From assembly GCA_034670305.1 (NCBI GenBank), contig JAXMNT010000008.1, forward strand, positions 32,001 to 96,000: 64,000 nucleotides of DNA. Reading direction: 5' to 3'. Origin of the DNA: Deltaproteobacteria bacterium. GTDB taxonomy: Bacteria; Myxococcota_A; Polyangia; Polyangiales; Houyiibacteriaceae. Position numbers and translations under genes: made by a program. Shown in pieces: positions 32,461 through 41,783 of this stretch (position 1 is its first letter; each line of letters starts with the position of its first letter). Under the pieces are notes generated by a model, which saw only the letters and a list, made by a program, of their open reading frames with translations, did not search any database and had not been told where the DNA came from.

Positions 32461-35400
32461 TCACAAGAGTGCGGCGAACTCGCGGCCGAACTCGAGGGGC
32501 GTGGGCCGGTCTTTCCAGTTCACATTCGTGGCGGACCGCATGAGCTTGACCAACGCCGCCGGGTAGTCCGCGAACCGAGAGTCGTCTTCCATCGGGTCGC
32601 GTTTCATGTGCGCGAGAATGCGTTCCCGCTTGTCGCTGATCTCATCGAAGAACGTACGCCCGGTCGTGACGTTGTAGATCGTGCCCGCCAGCGCGTAGAC
32701 GTCCGCGCGCCCATCGAGTTCGACAGGATCGAGCACCTGCTCCGGCGCAATGTAGCCCGGCGTGCCCGCCACGAAACGGCCGCCGACTTCCGCGGAGACC
32801 GTTTGCGCCCGCACCATGCCGAAGTCGATCAACACGGTCGCGAGCGGCGTCGCGAGCGCCGGGTCCCGGTGTTTGGCTCCGTCGAACCGCACGCCACCGC
32901 TGAGGGGCAGACGCAACCAGAGGTTGGCCGGTTTGATGTCCCGATGTACCAGGCCCGCGTTGTGCAGCGCGGTGAGCCCCGCGCAGCTCTCGTGCACGAC
33001 CTTGCGCAGTTCGAACAGGGTCATGAGGCCCGCGGTCGAGTACTGCTTCAGATCGGCGCCGATCAGGTACTCGAGCACCAGGTACGGCATGTCTTCGACC
33101 ACGCCGCGGTCGATGATGTTCGCGACGTTCGGGTGGTAGAGGCCCGCGAGCGCTTTCGCTTCTTCGGTGAACGACGCGAGGATGCCTTCTCGTTCTGTGT
33201 CGCTCGCGCTCGCGAGCACATCGGCCTTCGGGATCTTCAACACGAAGTATCGGTCGGCACCGGGTTTGCGCACGAGCCAGACGCTGCCGATCCCGCCCTC
33301 GCCGAGCGCTTTGATGAGCTCGTAACCGACGATCATCTTCGGCTGCTTCTTCTTCTTCACCGGCGGCGGCGGCGGGGTGCGCTTCATCGCCGCACTCACC
33401 GACGCTTCCACGAGCGCCGACGCCGTCGGCCCAAGCGAAGCGAACCAGACATCGAGCAGCGCCAGCTCGCGCGCCCGAATGGCCCGGGCGACCACCGAGG
33501 CCATGCGGGGCGCGTTGGCCGACACCTGCGTGTTCAACGAGTCGTCCGGCGGAGAGTCCGCCGCGGGATGCAGCGCGCGGACCGGATCGGCGAGCGCGTG
33601 CTGGAGGCGCTCGGCCGCCATGACCAGATCGAGGCACTGCGCTTCGAGGTCGGGCTTCTGACCAGCCGCACCAGCGAACCCTTCGAGCGCCTTCGCGAGT
33701 CCGCCCAGCGACTCGGCCAGCTCCGTCTCGCCGGCGAAGAGCAGGGCGAGGACACGCTCGGTCTCGGTGCCCCATGCGCCATCCTCGGCCGGGCCGTCGG
33801 CCGCGGTGCCGGAGAGCGCCGCCCTCAGCTCGTCTGCCAGCCCGCAGCAGGTCTCGAGCGCGCCGTCCGCGATCATCGGCAGCGCGGTCGCGAGCTGCTG
33901 GAGAATTGCCGGCCGGTCGATGACCAGTGCCCACCAAGCCGCGAACGGACCGAGCCACGCCACGTCGTCGACCTCACCGAGCGCCGTGCCGCGGGTGGTG
34001 TCGACCAGCCGCCAGAAGAGCGCACTCAGGGCGCTGCGAAGCGAGCCGGGCATGTCCCGCGTCCCATCGACCAGACCCTCGAGTTTGCGCAGCCACAGAC
34101 AGGTGTCGTGCGCGACGCGTCCCGGTCCCGGTCCGAGTTCTTGACCCTGGCCGCACGCGTCGAGCGCGTAGCCACCGAGTTTGAGCGCAAGCACCTCGAG
34201 CGAATGTTCGAAGCTCTCGTCGTCGACGTCGTCGAGGCGCCGCTCGCGCACGATGTCGAGAAGTTCGGCCGGGGCTCGAGCCAACATCTCCCAGGTCTCT
34301 TCGAGGTTGGGTTCTGCGATGAAGTCGCCCTCGGGCCGGGTGGCGAGCATCGGCCCCCAGAGGCGCAGCGCCAGCGAGCGCGCGCACCCCTCGACCGCAT
34401 TGATGGCAGCTGCCCGTTGCCGGTTCGACCCCTCGCCCAAGACGATGCGTTTCGCTTCCGCGAAGGTCGGCCCCAGCGTCCCGGCGAACCGCGCAGCCCG
34501 CGCATCGCCTTCTTCGTCGTCGTAGTGGGCGGCGAGCCGCACCAGGTTCTCGAGCCCGGTCTCGATGTCGAGGGGGTCGCGTTCCGCGGCGTCGAGCGGA
34601 TCGGTGACCTGCAAGATCTCGAGCCACCGGCGCAAGTCGTCCACCTGGTCGGTCCGCGCGCGGCGGGCCATCAGACGAAGTCGGCCGAAGGGCGCCACCA
34701 GCTGGCCGCGCGGCGCACCACGGCGCCAGAGCGTCGCGATGCCGCGGGCGAGGGCGCGCGCCGCCACGGCCCCACCGTCGCCGGTCATGATGCGTTCGGC
34801 GAGCGGATCCCAGATGTCGCGCCGCTCGTGAAAGAGGTACGGCGTGGCCGCGGCCGCAGCCGCCAGTCCCCAGGCCTCTTCCTGTGGGGCGTCGAGAATG
34901 GACTCGAGTTCGTGCCCCAGGATCGCGAGCCGCATCGCGGGCAACGAACAGAAGGCGGTCATCGCGCGCTGCCGCAAGACGTGAGACGCCCCGTGCACCC
35001 AGTCCAGGAGCGTGCCCTCGAGCGGTTCGAACACGCCCGCCAACCGGCCGAACGCACGCGCCGCATGGATCCAGACCATGGGCTCCGGATGCAAGAGCAA
35101 CGGTTGGAGAACCTGGAGGGTGCGGCCGACCAAGTGCGGGTCGGTCATGTGCGACATGCCGCACGCAGTCGTCTCGAGGGAGCGGGCTGCGAGCACGCGC
35201 CCTCGCAGGGAACCCCGCGCCGGCCCTGCGATCACTGCCTCGAAGGTGGCTTCCGAGTTCCAGATCCACTTGCCGAGCACCGGCAACTCGAGCGCGCGGG
35301 CACCCGCTTCCCAGATGAGGATCTCCATGCGCGCCCGGGCTTCGAAGTTCTCCGCCGCGCGGAACTCGTCGGCACCTCCAAGCAACGGCACACACGCCAG

Positions 35401-35772
35401 CGCATCCTGAAGCGGACCGCACACGACGCGACTGCGCGCACCGAGGCGTGCGTGGTCGCGGCGCGTCTCGAGGCTGAGGGCGGCAGAGAGGAGCGGGGCA
35501 AGAACGGCGTCCTCGCGGCCAGCGCTCGCATCGCACCAGATGAGGACCACATCGCCCAGTTTGTCTTCGAGCAATGCCTTGAGGTCGGCGGGCTTGGCCT
35601 CCGAAGTCCACGCGAAGAGCCCATCGTCCACGACGCGCGCGGCGGCCTTCACCCCGTCCGGCAGCTCTTTCTGGAAGCCGCGCCAGGTTTCGTAGAGCCC
35701 TCCGGCGAGCGCGGGTTTGGCCGCAAGCGCCTCGGAGAGCGTGGTCAGGGCCTCTCGAACGGTCTCATCCAT
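32461..35772 (-). CDS. Ser/Thr protein kinase with a long helical N-terminal region and a C-terminal kinase domain
   Basis: LGEGGIG.V, VLK, HRDIKPAN, DFG, GTPGYIAPE, DVYAL. Confidence 0.93.
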   Translation of the reverse strand: MDETVREALTTLSEALAAKPALAGGLYETWRGFQKELPDGVKAAARVVDDGLFAWTSEAKPADLKALLEDKLGDVVLIWCDASAGREDAVLAPLLSAALSLETRRDHARLGARSRVVCGPLQDALACVPLLGGADEFRAAENFEARARMEILIWEAGARALELPVLGKWIWNSEATFEAVIAGPARGSLRGRVLAARSLETTACGMSHMTDPHLVGRTLQVLQPLLLHPEPMVWIHAARAFGRLAGVFEPLEGTLLDWVHGASHVLRQRAMTAFCSLPAMRLAILGHELESILDAPQEEAWGLAAAAAATPYLFHERRDIWDPLAERIMTGDGGAVAARALARGIATLWRRGAPRGQLVAPFGRLRLMARRARTDQVDDLRRWLEILQVTDPLDAAERDPLDIETGLENLVRLAAHYDDEEGDARAARFAGTLGPTFAEAKRIVLGEGSNRQRAAAINAVEGCARSLALRLWGPMLATRPEGDFIAEPNLEETWEMLARAPAELLDIVRERRLDDVDDESFEHSLEVLALKLGGYALDACGQGQELGPGPGRVAHDTCLWLRKLEGLVDGTRDMPGSLRSALSALFWRLVDTTRGTALGEVDDVAWLGPFAAWWALVIDRPAILQQLATALPMIADGALETCCGLADELRAALSGTAADGPAEDGAWGTETERVLALLFAGETELAESLGGLAKALEGFAGAAGQKPDLEAQCLDLVMAAERLQHALADPVRALHPAADSPPDDSLNTQVSANAPRMASVVARAIRARELALLDVWFASLGPTASALVEASVSAAMKRTPPPPPVKKKKQPKMIVGYELIKALGEGGIGSVWLVRKPGADRYFVLKIPKADVLASASDTEREGILASFTEEAKALAGLYHPNVANIIDRGVVEDMPYLVLEYLIGADLKQYSTAGLMTLFELRKVVHESCAGLTALHNAGLVHRDIKPANLWLRLPLSGGVRFDGAKHRDPALATPLATVLIDFGMVRAQTVSAEVGGRFVAGTPGYIAPEQVLDPVELDGRADVYALAGTIYNVTTGRTFFDEISDKRERILAHMKRDPMEDDSRFADYPAALVKLMRSATNVNWKDRPTPLEFGREFAALL

Positions 35773-35907
35773 GGACCGGCCGATCGTACACGCTCCGCGG
35801 CCGGTCCGGGAGTTCCTGGTGCGCACTGCCTGGTGCTGCTTGGTTCGGCGCACTCTTGGCGCTCGGCACGTTGGGTTTGCGAGCCTTCACGCCGAGAGTT
35901 GGGGCGC

Positions 35908-37233
35908 CTACTCCGAGGTATCGCCTGCCGCCGCAAGCTGCTCTGCGAAGGCGCGCAGGCCACCGGCGGGCTGGGCATCGAGGTAGGCCCGGGCTTCGCG
36001 TGCGGCCTGTTCGGTTCGCCCCAGCTGATGCAACGAACGCAAGCGCAGTGCGGCGAGTCGTTCGGACAGGTGGGTTGTTCGCGGGGCTTGATCCAACGCC
36101 GCGAAGGCACCGGCGGGATCATCCAGCTCGTAGAACCGGATCCGGCCCGCGTTGTACGCCGCGCGCGCATCGGTCGACGCGAGCCGCGCGTATGCATCGG
36201 CAGCCTCCGAGAACCGTCCGAGTCCTCGGAGCGCGTCGGCTTCGAGAAGCGGCCAACGGCGGCGGCGGGCTTCGGCGAGGACCGGTTCGAGACGGCCGTC
36301 GCGAAGCCAGGACTCGACGGTGCGGCGGGAGGGGCGGGGTGCGGAAGCGGAAGCGGATGCGGACGCGGACGCGGATGCCGATGCCGAATCCGAATCCGAA
36401 TCCGAATCCGATGCCGATGCCGATGCCGATGCCGAATCCGATGCCGAACCCGATGCCGAATCCGATGCCGAATCCGATGCCGAATCCGATGCCGATGCCG
36501 ATGCCGAATCCGATGCCGAATCCGATGCCGATGCCGATGCCGATGCCGATGCCGAATCCGATGCCGAATCCGAATCCGATGCCGGCGCTTGTTCCGAAAC
36601 CGCCGAGACCGCGACGCTTGCCGCACTTGCGGTTCGGGTTTGGGCGGCGGCTTCGCCGGCGGAGTCGAGGGGGGAGGAGGCGCGGGGGAGGGGCGTGGCG
36701 GCGGTGGGGATCCACATCTGGCCGGCGCGGACGTGGGCGGTTTGGCCGCGGCGGTCGACGTCGACGCTGCCTTCGTAGACGCGGACGGTGGTGCGGCCGT
36801 CTTCATGGGCGACCGAGAAGACGGTGCCGCGCACATGGACCACGGCGTCGCGGGTGCGCACCGCGAAACGTTCGCCGTCCGAGAGCGGCTTCACGTCGAA
36901 CAGCACGGTGCCGCGATCGACCGCGACTTCGCGCGACGTCTGGCTTGCGTCGACGACATCGAAGTGCGCGCCGGCGGTGGCGACGATCGAGTCGCCGGTG
37001 GGCAGCTGCACGCGCAGCGGTTCTTCGTCGGAACGCAGCTGGGTGCCTGCGAGCAGCCCCGCCGCCAGGAGGACACACGCGGCGACCGCCCAGCGCATGC
37101 GGGTGCGCACCGTCTCCCGCCGACGCGCGGCGCGCATCGCCGCGGCGATCATGGCATCCGCCCGGTCGTCTGAGAGTGGCGGCGGGGCGCTGCGCTGGGC
37201 GAGCTCGGTGAGTGCGTCGACCACGTCAGTCAC
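35908..37233 (-). CDS. FecR-like anti-sigma factor with TM helix, low-complexity linker and TPR-like C-terminus
   Basis: [18 protein letters not shown] FecR motifs; GTG overlaps the end of the sigma gene. Confidence 0.85.
   Translation of the reverse strand: MTDVVDALTELAQRSAPPPLSDDRADAMIAAAMRAARRRETVRTRMRWAVAACVLLAAGLLAGTQLRSDEEPLRVQLPTGDSIVATAGAHFDVVDASQTSREVAVDRGTVLFDVKPLSDGERFAVRTRDAVVHVRGTVFSVAHEDGRTTVRVYEGSVDVDRRGQTAHVRAGQMWIPTAATPLPRASSPLDSAGEAAAQTRTASAASVAVSAVSEQAPASDSDSASDSASASASASASDSASDSASASASDSASDSASDSASGSASDSASASASASDSDSDSDSASASASASASASASAPRPSRRTVESWLRDGRLEPVLAEARRRRWPLLEADALRGLGRFSEAADAYARLASTDARAAYNAGRIRFYELDDPAGAFAALDQAPRTTHLSERLAALRLRSLHQLGRTEQAAREARAYLDAQPAGGLRAFAEQLAAAGDTSE
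36341..36584. repeat. Intragenic hexamer tract (GCGGAN then KCCGAW)
   Basis: Encodes the SASDS... linker of the FecR-like protein. Confidence 0.95.
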
Positions 37234-37876
37234 TCCTGCCGCTCCCCGCCCGCTCGGCGAACGCGGCGATGTACGGATCCGAATCGAGCCGGCGGGCGAC
37301 CTCGGCGCGGGCATGACTCAGTCGGGAGCGCATCGCGAGGCTGGAGATGCCTTCGAGTTTGGCGGCTTCGCCCGGCTTGAGCCCTTCGACACAGCACAAG
37401 ACGAAGGCGACGCGGCGCTTCTCAGGCAACCGTTCCAGACACCGGTAGAGCCGGCGAAGGGCTTCCCGGTCCATCGCGCGCGATTCTGGGTCGATCTCGT
37501 CCGCCGGGGGCGGCACCAGGGCGAGTACCTCTTCGCGGCTGCGTTTGCGGAAGTACTTGTACGCGATGCGCACGGTGATGCGGTGCGCGAAGGTCGTCAC
37601 CTTGGAGTCGCCTCGAAACGTCGGCAGCGCCCCCGCGAGCGCGACCAGCGCATCCTGCGTGGCGTCGTCGAGATCGGCGCGAGGTCCGAGCAGGCGGTGC
37701 AGCCACCGGCGCACCTTCGGCATCAGAAGCCGCAACACGTGCTCGAGGGTTCGCGGGTCTCCGCTGCGAAGCGCCTCGAGGTCGACGCCCACGAGCCCAC
37801 CGGAGGCAGGCTCGGAAGCTTGCGCACGCACCAGGGGCGCTTCGGTGCGTTTGGGATCGAGGAAAGAGAAGACCAC
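37226..37876 (-). CDS. ECF RNA polymerase sigma factor
   Basis: DDATQDAL, FRGDSKVTTF.HRI (region 2); LPEKRRVAFVL..VEG...RSRL..AR (region 4); GTG 37876 chosen from the promoter motif (track gives TTG 37936). Confidence 0.92.
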   Translation of the reverse strand: MVFSFLDPKRTEAPLVRAQASEPASGGLVGVDLEALRSGDPRTLEHVLRLLMPKVRRWLHRLLGPRADLDDATQDALVALAGALPTFRGDSKVTTFAHRITVRIAYKYFRKRSREEVLALVPPPADEIDPESRAMDREALRRLYRCLERLPEKRRVAFVLCCVEGLKPGEAAKLEGISSLAMRSRLSHARAEVARRLDSDPYIAAFAERAGSGRSD

Positions 37877-37884
37877 CGACAGCG

Positions 37885-37915
37885 CAGTGCCGAACGCACC
37901 GTCGAACGTTGCAAA
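37885..37915 (-). promoter_or_regulatory. Putative ECF promoter TGCAAC-N17-GCACT, copy 1
   Basis: Shares TTTGCAACGTTC-N10/11-CGGCACTG with 39725-39754. Confidence 0.65.
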
Positions 37916-37932
37916 CGATGTGAGCGCAGTGC

Positions 37933-39717
37933 TCAAAAGATCTGTACTCCCAAGGAAACACTCGGAAAACCGCGCACGGTCCAGTCGCCGAACTCGTCGT
38001 CGTGGAGGACGGTTTCACCGAATGTGCCGTAGCTGCTCGGATCGCGGTACGCGCTGACGACATTGTAGGAGAGCCCCGCCACCAGCGCGACGCGGTCGAA
38101 CACCTGGAAGCCGACCAGCACCCTGCCCTGCGCGAGCGTCTCGGTGCCGGCATTGCCCACATCCCCGTCGCTCATCCAGTGGCCGAGCACGTCGAGGTCG
38201 ACGAAGAGGCGTTCGGACGGCGTGATGCGGGCACCCATGCCGAGTCCAAACCCGTAGACCGCGTCGTTGTCTCCTTCGGAGAACGGCCGCGCGAGCACGG
38301 AGTAGAGGTAGTGCCAATGGGCGCCTCCGTGTTTGGCGGCCACCTGGACGAAGCCTTCGGAGTTCGCGGTCACCTCCAGATGGGTCCGGCCGTTGCGCAC
38401 GATGTTGAGCAGCCCGAGCGCGAAGTCTGCGTCGTCGCTGATGTTGACCAACCCGAGCTGCACTCCGTCGAACGAGCCGCGCTGGATGTTGAGGGACCCA
38501 ATCTGCACGCCGTGGCCGCCACGGGCGAAGTTGACCCCGCTCGATGCCTGCAGCCCGCGCACGTGCCCGGTCGCGATGTTGGCGCCGGTCGAGAGCTGCA
38601 CGCCCGACACGTCCCCGTGCACGAAGTTGAATCCGGTGGTGGCCTGGGTGCCGGAGAAGTTGCCCTTCACCCAGTTGAACCCGGTCGCCAGTTGCAGTCC
38701 GCGGCTGTCCGCGCCGGCGATGTTGCCGAGGCCCGCCATCATCAGACCGCCCATGCGCCCGCGGGTCGTGTTCATTCCGAGCGAGAACGCCACCGCCGTC
38801 ATCTCTCCAGCGTGCGCCCACACGCCGAGGGAAAGGGCCCGACTCTCCCGCCCGCGGTGGAACGAGGAGCTGCCGACGTAGGGGAAGAGGTCGGCGCCGA
38901 AGAACACCCGGCGCATCTCTGCGTCGACCGGGTTGTCTGCGTCCGGGACATCGGGCGCACGCGGCGTCTCCGGCGGTGCATCCGTCGCAGGCTCGGGCAC
39001 GACCGGGATCTCGACCACCGAGTCCGGAAGCGGATCGGAGAGCGGCACCTCGATGTAGGCGTCCTCCGCGAGCGTCGCCGAAGCGTTGCGTCCGTCGGGG
39101 ACCTGCACCGAGGCGGAGCCGGTGTCGATCTCCACGCCCTCGCCTTCCACCTCCACGCGAACCCGGACCCGGATCCGGGCCGGCGGACGCCGGATCTCGT
39201 CGAGCAGACTCGACGCCACGACCGCGAACGTGCGCGGGTCGACGCTGGCCAGGGTTCCACTGAAGGGCGCGTGCCGGACCGCTTCCCCGTTCACCTCGAC
39301 CGCCCGCACCGTGGATGCATCCGCGGGACCTTCCTCCACCCAGAGCACCACGCCGGCGCCGACGAGCCGGGCCAGCGATTGCGCGTTCGACGCCCGGGTG
39401 AGGCCCGAGCCGGGGCCGACATCGGGTCCGACGAGTACCGTCATGCCGCGCCCAGCGAGCTCCATCTGCAGCGCCTCCGCGAGCTCCGGGCCGGCTGGCT
39501 CGCTGGTCGCGAGCAACACGCCACCTGGTCGACTGGCCGCGCCTTGGTGCGCCTCGGGCGCAAACACCACGTCCCCCTGGCCCGCCTCGGAGGGCACCGA
39601 CTGCGCACCGACCGCTGAGGCCCAGGCCAGGCAGCCGAGCATGGTGGTCAGACGCAACACGCCCCAGAAGGTTCCATGCACGGACCGGGCACGCATCTCG
39701 AAGTTCGCGTTCTGCAT
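37933..39717 (-). CDS. Secreted/outer-membrane protein with Gly-x-Gln beta-repeats (LA_2272-like) and a C-terminal beta-strand domain
   Basis: Signal peptide, GLQLATGFN-type repeats, ends SVSLGVQIF (OMP-like terminal Phe). Confidence 0.75.
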   Translation of the reverse strand: MQNANFEMRARSVHGTFWGVLRLTTMLGCLAWASAVGAQSVPSEAGQGDVVFAPEAHQGAASRPGGVLLATSEPAGPELAEALQMELAGRGMTVLVGPDVGPGSGLTRASNAQSLARLVGAGVVLWVEEGPADASTVRAVEVNGEAVRHAPFSGTLASVDPRTFAVVASSLLDEIRRPPARIRVRVRVEVEGEGVEIDTGSASVQVPDGRNASATLAEDAYIEVPLSDPLPDSVVEIPVVPEPATDAPPETPRAPDVPDADNPVDAEMRRVFFGADLFPYVGSSSFHRGRESRALSLGVWAHAGEMTAVAFSLGMNTTRGRMGGLMMAGLGNIAGADSRGLQLATGFNWVKGNFSGTQATTGFNFVHGDVSGVQLSTGANIATGHVRGLQASSGVNFARGGHGVQIGSLNIQRGSFDGVQLGLVNISDDADFALGLLNIVRNGRTHLEVTANSEGFVQVAAKHGGAHWHYLYSVLARPFSEGDNDAVYGFGLGMGARITPSERLFVDLDVLGHWMSDGDVGNAGTETLAQGRVLVGFQVFDRVALVAGLSYNVVSAYRDPSSYGTFGETVLHDDEFGDWTVRGFPSVSLGVQIF

Positions 39718-39724
39718 GGTCGGT

Positions 39725-39754
39725 CAGTGCCGGTCCGCGGCGGAACGTTGCAAA
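39725..39754 (-). promoter_or_regulatory. Putative ECF promoter TGCAAC-N16-GCACT, copy 2
   Basis: GCACT lies 8 nt upstream of ATG 39717; matches copy 1. Confidence 0.65.
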
Positions 39755-39830
39755 GAAGTGACTACAGACTGCGGTCCTCGTGACCAAACTTTGACGTGAC
39801 ACTGCGCGGTGCGCCGACCACCCTTTGCGC

Positions 39831-40499
39831 GTGACCGGTTCCGAGAACGAGTCTTCGAGCGCGGCCGAGCCCACCGCCGAACGACCGAGCATGCGGGGCA
39901 CCCTGCACGCGTGGGCCGTGGTGCCCTTCGCCATCGCCGGCGCGGTGCTCGTGGCTTGGAGCGAACCGGCCGACATGTGGCCGACGCTCGGATACGCGGT
40001 GAGCGTCGCGGCGTGCTTGGGTACGAGCGCGCTCTACCACCGAGTCGATTGGGGTCCGCAGTGGTACGCGCGCATGCGCCGACTCGACCACGCGATGATC
40101 TTCGTACTCATCGTCGGGACGTGGACCCCGCTCTGTCTGGTCGCCTGCCGGGGCAGGGATGTGTCGACGCTCTTCGTGACCTTGTGCGTCATGGCCGGGA
40201 TCGGCGTCGCGATGACTTTGTTTTGGACCACCGCCCCCAAGTGGATCCGCGCCGTCGTGTACCTGGCGGTTGGGTGGATGGGGCTGTTCGTCGTGCCCGA
40301 TCTCTACGCCAGCCTGGGGGCGCAAGGGGTTGGGCTGCTCGCGGCGGGCGGCGTGCTCTACTCGGTGGGCGCGCTCGCGTATGCAATGCAGTGGCCGAAC
40401 CCGTCGCCCAAGGTCTTCGGCTACCACGAGATCTTCCATGCGTTCGTGATCCTGGCCGCCGGCGTGCACTTCGCCCTCGTGGCGACCGCAGTCATCTGA
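39831..40499 (+). CDS. Hemolysin III/PAQR family membrane protein
   Basis: SALYH, RRLDHAMIF.LI.GT.TP, FGYHEIFH. Confidence 0.93.
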   Translation: MTGSENESSSAAEPTAERPSMRGTLHAWAVVPFAIAGAVLVAWSEPADMWPTLGYAVSVAACLGTSALYHRVDWGPQWYARMRRLDHAMIFVLIVGTWTPLCLVACRGRDVSTLFVTLCVMAGIGVAMTLFWTTAPKWIRAVVYLAVGWMGLFVVPDLYASLGAQGVGLLAAGGVLYSVGALAYAMQWPNPSPKVFGYHEIFHAFVILAAGVHFALVATAVI

Positions 40500-40532
40500 C
40501 CGCAGGGATCTGAGCCGGGGCGGCGGCCAAAA

Positions 40533-40573
40533 CGAACAAAGGCAGCCTCCGTTTGCGGTGGCTGCCTTGTTCG
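40533..40573. terminator. Hairpin between convergent genes
   Basis: CGAACAAAGGCAGCC...GGCTGCCTTGTTCG inverted repeat. Confidence 0.7.
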
Positions 40574-40589
40574 CTGTGGGGACGTGCGT

Positions 40590-41648
40590 TCAGACTTCGA
40601 AGATCGCGCAGCCCCAGGTGAAGCCGCTGCCGAAGACCGTGGAGAGGATGCGGTCGCCCTTCTTCACTTTGCCTTCGCGCTTCCAGTGGTCGATCGTGAG
40701 CGGCACGGTCGCGGCGGTCGTGTTGCCGTACCACATGATCGAGTTGAGCACTTTCTCAGGCGGGATCTTCGCGTACTGCGTGACCGCCTCGTTGATGCGC
40801 AGGTTGGCCTGGTGCGGCACGAACCAGGTGATCTCGTCCCAGGTCAGCCCGGTCTTCTCGAGCGCTCGTTTCGTGGCACCGACCATGTTGCGCACCGCGT
40901 GGAGGTAGACCCGCTTGCCGTCCATCTGCGGGAACATCTCGAGGTTCTGGTCGCGGTCCATTCCGTCGTACCAAACCATCGGGCTCTTCGCGATGTCGAA
41001 GCACTTCAAGTACAGGTGCATCGCGCCGCTGCCGTCGGCCGCCGCGTGGGTGTAGAGGATGCCGGCCTTGTCGTCGTCGGTCTCTTGTTTGCCGACGATC
41101 ATCGCGCCCGCTCCGTCACCGAACAGCACCATGACGTCGCGCCCGCGGGTGCTGAAGTCGAGCGAGTGACTGTGGAGTTCCGACCCGACGAGCAGGATCT
41201 TCTCGTACTTGCCGGCCTTGATGAACGCGTCCGCCATCTCGAGGCCGTAGACGAAGCCGCTGCACTGCTGACGAATGTCGTAGCAAGGGCACCCGTCTTC
41301 GCCGTCGATGCCGAGCTTCGCCTGGAGGAACACCGCGGTGCCCGGGAAGTGGATGTCTGGAGAGAGCGTGCCCAGGATGATGCAGTCGATCTCGCTCGCA
41401 TCCATCTCAGCGTCTTCGAGCGCCTTCTGGGCGGCGCGCAAAGCCAGGTCGCTGCAGTTCCACTTGCCGTCGTTGGGCACGTAGTGGCGCTGTTCGATCC
41501 CGGTCCGGGTACGAATCCATTCGTCGTTCGTCTCGGTCTGGATCTCTTCGCAGACTTCGTGCTGCTGGTTGAGAAAAGGGATCTCCTCGTTCTTGACGAT
41601 GCGGTCGGGAACGTAGGAGCCGATGCCTAGAATTTTCGAGCGAATCAC
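40590..41648 (-). CDS. fabH: 3-oxoacyl-ACP synthase III
   Basis: WIRTRTGI, QCSGFVY catalytic Cys, LFGDGAGA, PHQAN, GNTTAA. Confidence 0.93.
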   Translation of the reverse strand: MIRSKILGIGSYVPDRIVKNEEIPFLNQQHEVCEEIQTETNDEWIRTRTGIEQRHYVPNDGKWNCSDLALRAAQKALEDAEMDASEIDCIILGTLSPDIHFPGTAVFLQAKLGIDGEDGCPCYDIRQQCSGFVYGLEMADAFIKAGKYEKILLVGSELHSHSLDFSTRGRDVMVLFGDGAGAMIVGKQETDDDKAGILYTHAAADGSGAMHLYLKCFDIAKSPMVWYDGMDRDQNLEMFPQMDGKRVYLHAVRNMVGATKRALEKTGLTWDEITWFVPHQANLRINEAVTQYAKIPPEKVLNSIMWYGNTTAATVPLTIDHWKREGKVKKGDRILSTVFGSGFTWGCAIFEV

Positions 41649-41783
41649 CCTGTCTCGTTACCCTGCCTGGCCGCCAAGGTCCACGGCTTTTCGGGCCGCC
41701 CCCGACTTGGGCTGGGGCGGACTCCTGGCCCGGCCGGCAAAACCCTCGAATCGGGAAGCCCGACGAGACTGCCCACCGCGCGC

